This document shows positions 55,805 to 64,000 of a stretch of DNA of 64,000 nt, in pieces (positions within the stretch are counted from its first letter, which is position 1; every line of letters starts with the position of its first letter). Position numbers and translations under genes: made by a program. Below the pieces are notes generated by a model, which had not been told where the DNA came from, searched no databases, and was given only the letters and a program-made list of their open reading frames with translations. Location of the stretch: NCBI GenBank assembly GCA_964188305.1, contig OZ076887.1; one strand, given 5' to 3'. The DNA comes from Podarcis bocagei. Lineage: Eukaryota.

Positions 55805-56400
55805 TATACAGTAAAATCTATGCATTAAAAACAAACAAACAAATGGGCAACGTATGTTCCCAATATTTTCTTTTCCAAAATAAACTTTATAAGTGTTGAC
55901 TTCCCACCACACCAAACAATACAAACATGTCCTTAAGCTTGTATATACCATCTTCTCCTTCAGGGCTGTGCGTATTGCCTGCAATAGTGTTCCTCGACCT
56001 TGGGTCCCCAGATCTTTCACCATCTCCAGCAGGGGCAGGCTTTGATAATAAGGCACCCTGAGCAAGGACAACATCTGGCATCCCTCCCTAGATGATTCCT
56101 CTTGGTACAGTTGCTTTTCTAATGGAGCTTCTCAGTAGGTACCTGGGGGAGGAGTATCGGGAGCCTTTTGCAGGCGTTTATAGAGCATTCATCCTGATTT
56201 GTTTGCAGGGGGAAAGTGCTGTTGCACTTAGGTCCTGCTGGCTGGCTTCCCACAGGCATCTACAGGATGCAGGACTAGATGGGCCATTGGCCAAATCCAT
56301 GAGAGCTCCTCTTATGTTCTTACAGTTAATGAGCATCTATTCTGATTTGTTGGTGGGATGGTTAGATGATGGATCAAAACAAGCATCATTCCACACTTTC

Positions 56401-56408
56401 TCCTCCCT

Positions 56409-56481
<73 letters not shown>

Positions 56482-56491
56482 TGTATGTGTG
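56401..56491. repeat. (CT)n(GT)n microsatellite
   Basis: Direct reading. Confidence 0.95.
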
Positions 56492-58999
56492 TTCGTGTTC
56501 TCCCTTTCCATATTGCAAGACCTCCCTATGAGCTATGTATGCACAACCTGAACTTGCTGGTATTTGATTGAATCTCACTGGAAAATAGCAACAATCTGGA
56601 AGCACCCAAAGAGTTTTAGTAAGCTGAAGCCAATGCTACATGCTCTTTCAGGTCTGGCATCTTCAAGCAACTGCCAAAGACCTACTGATACCCCAGGCCC
56701 CCTTTCCCAACAGTTTGATGAGCACTGGGTGGCTGTCATTGTGTTGTCCAAAATAACCCACAGAAACCTTATGATCCGTGTGGTAGGACTTACAAATATT
56801 CCGTCCCCCACCCTGCATTTCCACCTCTTCTGCTTTCCTTCTCTACTGTTTTAAAGAGTTGGACTCTTTCATTTTAGTTTCCTTGAAATGCAGCTTTATC
56901 CAAACTGTGACTGAAATGTGAAACTAATTTCTCCAAATATTCGTAATAAACTAAAAGGCAAAGTTAATAGACCTCTCCCATAAACATTTTTCCACTTTGA
57001 ATTGCTCTAATATGTAATCTGAGATTGTTTTACAAGCTCATGAAGGAATGTTTTTTGATTGTATGTTCTTATTTGTATCCAAGAATCTTTCAGAGTTGGA
57101 TAGTCAAGCTCTTCGTGTGGGAGTGTTCATTATAATATATCGTCCCCTTTAGGCCAAATTTCATTAGCTGTTGTGCCAGGAAATACATGTTCAGGATCCG
57201 ACATGATCACTGTGCTAGCATAATGTCCACCACCTGTGGCCTAGCTCAGATGTAAATAACTCAGAACAGCTTTCTGCCATTTATAGAATCATTACAATTA
57301 TTTACACCCCACCTTTCAGAATACAACTTCTTCAAAGATGGATTGCAAGTAGCACTAAAATACATATTTTAAATATATTGAAAAGCCACCAGAATCTTTC
57401 CCACAGAGCACTGGATGGTACATTGTCCTGGCTAGGGCAGGGATGGAGTTCAAGTGGCAGAAACCTTGAGGTGGTCTTCTCTATCTCTTTTTCTTGGAAT
57501 CCTTGTAATAGCTTGATATGAATGTTTACCCCAACAAAATTGCAGCTGTGTTAGGGGTGGGGAGTGGGTCCATGCATGTTGACCTCACTTCCATTATTGC
57601 ATCCTTTTCAGGCTGCCCACTCCCCAGTCCACATGTTGGCATGGGGAGGTCTGAAGAAGGAAGTCTATGTTAGTAGTGGGGCATGTATTAGAGCACACTA
57701 AATTTCCTGACACCAGCATCACTGCTACTTACCTGGATGTGGGAGGGGCAGTAGGAGGTCCACCATCACAAATCTGGTGCTCCCACCAGTGCGCCCACAT
57801 TGCTCCAACCTCACTGCTGTTCTGCCCCAGGTAAGCAGCAGTGATACATGTGTTGGAAGGATGTCTCTGCCCCACCACTGGCTCGTAGGCTTCCTATATG
57901 ATTTAGGACCTGGGGTGCATCCTACCCAGTTAGTGCCACCACCCAAAATGCCCTGCTGTTGGTAGGCTTCTACTGAACTTCAAACAGTGAGGACACCTGA
58001 AGCAAGACCTGCAAAATTGAATGGAAGGCAATTGTTGATGTACCCAGGTCCCAACTCATCTATGGCTTCATAGAGGCGGACAAACACCTTTAACTGTACC
58101 TAGAAGTGAATAGGCAACCAGTGCAGGTTAGATAGCAGTGGAATAATATGCTCCAACTGTCTAGTCCTAGACAGCAACTTGGCATCAATATCTTGCACCA
58201 GTTAAATTTTTCATTTTGGTTCTGCCCTCAAAGAACATGTTACAATAATCAATACAGTTTGAGCCATGCTGCGTGTCGAGGTGCATGTACTTCATCAGCA
58301 GTATTGGATGTATTTCCTTGAGCTGAAAGACTAAACATGTTTCCCAAAAAACCCACAGGTCCCACTGAATAATGACAAGAGGGGAAGCTACACTGCTTCA
58401 CCGGTAGGAAAATAACATGACTGCAAACAATAGGAACAGCTGTTGGCATTTAAGAAATTCATCTGGAAACCTTGGAAAATTCATTTTAAGAGGTTTTTTG
58501 TTTTTTTAAAACAAGCTGGAAATATTTTACTGGATGTACCTGACTCAGCTATCTCAAGAGGTTAGTCCATAAGTTTGATGTGGTAACTGTCAGCTGAGTA
58601 TAGTGGTTGAAGCTCATCAAATGAGCATCCAAAAGGTGATGTTCTTCTTCAAGTGTTTTGAGTTCCCTCCAAAACACTTTTCCAGAGGCACCTCCCTATT
58701 CTTCTAGAATCCATGTCCCAGGGATGTGGTCCAGATTTTTAAGAAAAAGGGACATTTTTGAAGAGTGTTCTCATTATCCTGTGTCTGAATCAAAGCTTTC
58801 TTTCCACCATTTATATCCAAATTTGTAGAGTGCCTCCAGCAGAAGCCTTGGCAGTTAAATCTTTTCATAGTACACAATTATTTCTTTGAGTAGCTCCTAA
58901 ATGATGTTTTCATCGGGGTCTTGCTCTTAGAAGAGAATATAGAAAGCTGCTTAATACTGAGTCAAACCAATAGTGGATCTAGCTCAGTATTGTCTAGAG

Positions 59000-59518
59000 C
59001 AGTGTTTCCCAAACTTTTTTGGGCAACGGCACACCTGTTTACTGAAAAAAAATCTCGCGGCACACCACCATTAAAGCCCCGCCCCGTGACGTCAGCGCGC
59101 GGCGTCACGCCGGGAGGGACGCACGAAAGTGAAAGTTTTTCCCCTCCCCCCTCAGTCCCTCGCTCGGAATTCAGCTCGTTTGGGGCATCGCTCCGGCTGC
59201 TCCCTCTCCCGCCGCGCAGGAGCGATGCCTCTCTCTGGCTCTCCCTCCGCGCAGGCTGAGGGAGGGAGGGAGGTGCGCGTGTGACCCGTCTCTGCTGGGA
59301 GACCAAACCCAGCGAGGCAGAGTCGCGCGGAGGCGCCCAGGCAGCGCTGCCGGCTGCGAGGAGGAGCGCCAGGCAGCAGCAGGAGGCGCGGCCTCTCCTC
59401 GCCGCCGCCCCGCCTCTCGCCGCCCGACTCGCCCGCCTCCCTCCAGGCATCTCGCGGCACACGAGGCAACGTCTCACGGCACACTCGTGTGCCGCGGAAC
59501 ACCGGTTGGGAAACACTG
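59000..59518. mobile_element. Young CpG-rich non-autonomous hAT-Charlie element
   Basis: Perfect 13-bp TIR cagtgtttcccaa; exact 8-bp TSD gtctagag (fits the Charlie NTCTAGAN preference); subterminal cggcacac repeats. Confidence 0.92.
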
Positions 59519-61723
59519 GTCTAGAGAGCAGTGGTGGGTAACCTGTTAGTCTCCACACATTGTTGAACTCCAGTTCTCATCAGTCCCAGGTATCATGGCC
59601 AACAGGGGTGATGGGAGTTGTAGTCCAACAACTTCCAGAAGGCCGCAGGTTGTCCACCCTGAACTAGGATTTCTCTGGGGTTTCAGACAGGAGTTTCTCT
59701 CAACCCCACATGGAAATGCCAGGAATGAAATTCTTGACAGAAATAATGGCCTGTTCCTTCCAGTTCTCTTAGCCCTTTGCTTCCTTTATCTACCCATATG
59801 AACTAACAGTTTCAGTCAGCATTCACTGATAAGGCATTTTCCGGAAGACAATTTTCTCAGAAAAGCTGTTCAAGAATTTAATCTCCCCACCTTTCTAAAT
59901 ATTCAGCATAATGTTTCCTCAATTTCACTGCCCATCAGCAAATCATTGAAGATTCCATGCACGCACAGTAGAATTGTGTATAAATCCCAAACTCATTTCC
60001 ACATTGTGCCACATGTACAATCTACTTTCAGATTGTAACCATGAATTTAAGAGAAGAAGAAAAAATATGGTGATTGACAAGTCGAACACAATAGATGACA
60101 AATATAGAATTATCCCATTTATCATATTAAAATGTATGTATAATGCTTGGCTGTGGTATTTTCCTTTATGCAGAGTTTCACAAGGAATCTGATACATAGC
60201 ATTGATTGTGAAAGTCTCTGCATTTATTAAATGGAAGACTTGGGCCTACATGAACTGCTTTTTTTTTTTTTTTTAGTATGCCTGTACTTACCATTAAATT
60301 GTTACAGAAAGTGCCACACTTTTAACATTTGAAGAAGAAAAAAGGTACTGGTTCTGCATACCCCAGGAAAAAACACTGCCTACATGGTCATTGAAATATA
60401 CATACATGTAATGTCTCCATACATTATTCAGAAGACATAAATTCAGTTCCTTCTGTGGCTATACTTCCTTTCACAACAGCCTCCAGCTATATTTCCTGAC
60501 CTGTGAGCTGCTGCTCCCATAATGCACCACTGCTGTTTTCTTCCCCTCCTTGGGGAAGTTGTGGAAGGCATTCCACATATTCAAAAGAAAGCACACAGAT
60601 TTATATCAAGCAAACTGCATTTGCATAAACATTGCAGATTTTATTTTGGGAATAGAAGTAGTACACAGTAATCTGAACTTTCTTGGAGCAGAATTGGGAC
60701 TTCTTTTTGGCAGGGCACGTGTAGCCCTAATAATGTCTTCTAAACAAATAGCACATGTTACAATGATGCAAGGATTTTCCCCATAAATCTGCAATTCCAA
60801 CCTCCTCTATTCGTTCATTCTAATCTGATGGCAAACCTTATAAGGATGCATTTAGTGATCTATACAGGAATCACTGCAGACTGGCAGTTCCTTCAAAGGC
60901 ATTATGCAGAAACCACTGGGTTTTTTTCCAGTGCCCATGAAATGTATCCTGGCACATCAGTACTGCAGCATTAGATAGTCTTCCGTGATATTCCTGCATT
61001 TCAGGGGGTTGGGATAGATGAACCTCTACAATTATGATTCTATGATTTTATAACTAAAGCTGTTCACACTCACCAATCAAGGGCACACTCAAATGGAAGA
61101 TTCTCACACTCCAACTTGGAAGTAATTTGAGAATGAAGCACTGGAGACATGGAGGGGGGAATACAATATTGAGTAAGATCCATTAGATCTCTCTTCAGTA
61201 TGAACTCTGTTACATGACCAGTACTGCTCCAACATAGCCTACGCAGACCTGCCTGTTTACATTCTCCATTCTCATATTGTAAGAAAAGGGAACAAGCCAA
61301 GCTATTATCAAATTGCTATCTTACCCTGTGCACACAACACTTTAAAAATATGGTTTGTGGAGTAGGGCTTTCTAAAAGGGAAATTTAGAACTGCCCTGTG
61401 GTACATAATTCTAATTTCTGTGCAAAGCATGCTTCACCATTATGCACCTGTACATTTTCCTTATGTGCGCATACATGCTTTCTTTAATGTCACACTCAAT
61501 GACATTTAGAAGCATACATAGAGTGGGAGAAAACCCACCTATTGTTCTTATTTGTGGTGGCCCTGGTTGTATAACGCACAGAAAAAATGTTCATTTTTGT
61601 GCACTCTTGAGTGTCTCCTTTTGGTTTTCCTTATTCAAGCCTTATTCATTTGACATCTTATAATTTGGAGAAGAAAAATGCCCCAAATTCAGATACGAAC
61701 CAATGAATGGTGACAATAATAAC

Positions 61724-61779
61724 TGGTGCTATTTTTCTAGAAACTGAGTTCCGGTGAGTTCCAGCTGAAAAAAGCCCTG
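61724..61779. mobile_element. 56-bp hAT deletion derivative; longer family member at about 62503-62653
   Basis: gtgctatttttctagaaa...gagttccggtgagttcc...aaaaagccctg ends shared with the 62503 copy; 8-bp TSD ataataac. Confidence 0.75.
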
Positions 61780-61807
61780 ATAATAACTTAGTAATGAAAT
61801 ACATATA

Positions 61808-61811
<4 letters not shown>

Positions 61812-61855
<44 letters not shown>
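61812..61855. repeat. (TA)n microsatellite
   Basis: Direct reading. Confidence 0.95.
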
Positions 61856-61859
<4 letters not shown>

Positions 61860-64000
61860 AGAGGACAGAAAAGAATAGAAAGCCATGTCTCAGTGGAATA
61901 AGCAACTAAAACTGGCATAGAAACAAAAGTAAGAAATAGTCTAAATAGTATGTATCAGCTGAGTGAAGTAATAAACGGTTCTAATGTTATACATCCATTG
62001 AATAAGACACAGTCCAAATACAATGCAGCAGTAGAATAAAAGTTGAATGATAAAACTCCAGAATGTATCTTTTTTCATTACTTCTTCAGATACTACTGAA
62101 TGACAGCCAGGCTTGACTTTCTCCAAGATAACACCAAGTTGGTGGGGGGTGGGGAGATTATCAAAAATTAACAAAAGTGAAGAAAGCAACAGCCAAAAAT
62201 TAACCAACGTTATTGACCTCAAGGCCTGTTTCCGAATACCATTTACAAGTTATGAAAAAGGCTGCTTCCATTTGGCATTACAGTGGGAGGGGGGCTGCCA
62301 CATTCCGAGTTGTAACTGCTGAGTGCCATTTCCCCACCTCTCTACCTCCACGATATGAAGCGTAAAGACTGAAAATCTAATGCCCTCCCTCAGATTTGGC
62401 TTCATGACTACACCACATAGCCAGTGAGTGAGACAGGTTAAGCAGACAGTTCCTGACTCAGGGTCACCCACTGAGATTCATGAGTGAGCAGAAATTGGGT
62501 CCCAGTGCTATTTTTCTAGAAAAAGAGGTGCCGGAACTCAACACGAACACCTCCCTCGTTGTCTTAGAATGGTGCCCACTTGAGAGCTGCTGGAACTCAC
62601 CTGAGCAGTGTTGGAACTGAGTTCCTGTGAGTTCCCCCTGAAAAACCAACACCCATTCAAAGTTCAAAACTCTAGCTGCTACACTGCACTGATTCGCTGG
62701 ATTATTTTTGCTGTAGATGCCTAAAAAACAGGATGAAAGTAAATGAAACAAGTTATTCATGCTGGAAAGCTCTCCCTCCTTCCCCTCCCATGAATGGAGC
62801 TTTTATCAGAATTAATACTTCCTCCTTCTCTCCATAACCCATTTGTGTCAACTGCCATCCCAATATTCATAGGAACACAGTTGTGGCTGCTAATTCTTGT
62901 GGAAATCAAAGTAGTTACCATTGCTGGCTGCTTTTCACCTCAAGCAGGAATGATTGTTGAGCAAAAGTTAAATCTCTCTTGGCCTAACTCCCACTACGCT
63001 TAGGTCAAGCATTCAGTGTTTTTCATACTTAATGCCTACTTAATACCTACGCTTCAAGCATTCAGTGTTTTTCATACTTAATGGAAATAGTAAATGGCTT
63101 AGTGCAACAGGTGTTATTAATATCCAACAAGGCAGCTGTCAACACCTTTGTTCTGAGCTAGCTGGATCACCTTAGATCTGCTTGTTAACACCTTGAGAGT
63201 ACAAGGTCTTGAAGCATGACCGGAAAACGTTCATCAGGAAGTGACCTCTCCACCTTTTCTACCCTTCGTAATGCCAGCAGTGATCTAACCTTTGTTTGTT
63301 TGCCACCTCCATCCTTGCCTTTGAATAGATGCCAGTCTTTGCCCTTTTCATACTGTAAATGAGGAGAACAATACAAGGAAGCGCAATTCATTGGCATTTC
63401 CTCTTCCCTTTCTTTACTGCACTGTGTGAAGCTACCTACACTAACCATCTGCAGCTTTGTTTTGCAAGGTGGGCATCCTAACATGATCTAGATCTCATGG
63501 ATTTATGATGGCCTGTTTGGGTTGCATGGCTCTGCCATAAGGCAGGTGGCTGGAGCAGAAGATTCCCTTTGGCTCCTTCTGGTGCTGTGAATCAGCCTAA
63601 ATGAGAAGCCTAGAACGAAGCGCCATCAGTGATGGTGACAAGAAGCATCTGGTGTTGATAAAGAAACCTCCCTCAGAAATATCTTCATTTAATTAGGGTT
63701 TAATCAAAATCATTTCTCTCTTGGAAAAAAAGCAAGAGAGGAACATAGGGAACTATAGAAGGGAAATAAATTAATTAGGCCTGGTAATTACCCAGCATCT
63801 CCAAAGTACACATTATGTCATCTTTGTATGGGTTTGATAGGCCATTAGCAGTCACTGCCTGTCTTACACTTTGAATTTCCATCCAGAAAAATGCAAAATG
63901 TGGGCTTACTTATTAGCAATTAATGAATTGTAAAGTCTTGCTTGCAGGCTTTCTTTGCATACCTGGTTGACCACTGTGAGTCAAGGAGGCTGGCCTAGAT

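Noticed and set aside
58921-59558. Several overlapping GC-rich ORFs of 86-198 aa
   Set aside because: They lie mostly within the hAT element. High GC suppresses stop codons, and there is no recognisable domain or splice structure.
62993-63083. Short tandem duplication (tcaagcattcagtgtttttcatacttaatg twice); a similar duplication lies at 21279-21330
   Set aside because: Ordinary local slippage or repair duplications with no sign of function
63185-63484. 99-aa minus-strand ORF as an exon of a neighbouring gene
   Set aside because: No recognisable homology or convincing splice signals

Overview
Eukaryotic genomic DNA from a squamate reptile, probably a lacertid lizard, judged from full-length Sauria SINEs and squamate CR1/L2/RTE/MITE families. 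The window holds most of FNDC1 (fibronectin type III domain-containing 1) on the + strand. I mapped 18 GT-AG coding exons from 3817 to the stop codon at 53303-53305. They total 5531 nt and splice into one open frame of about 1,840 codons, including a 3066-bp Ser/Pro-rich exon and a 30-nt microexon. The 5' exons lie upstream of the window. Exon numbers follow the human 23-exon gene from memory. Introns and flanks are rich in transposable elements: a decayed Gypsy pol fossil with nested insertions, three solo LTRs with 5-bp TSDs, hAT and Tc1/mariner MITEs, SINEs, LINE 3' ends, and a Penelope-type fragment carrying a hammerhead ribozyme core. The main leads are: (i) a candidate poison alternative 3' splice region in front of exon 10; (ii) apparent absence of the exon that completes the second FN3 domain; (iii) an antisense hammerhead ribozyme between two (TA)n tracts; (iv) three miR-29 seed sites in the 3'UTR; (v) a long intronic hairpin. 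No prokaryote-style novel system is present, and most ORFs in the supplied track are spurious.
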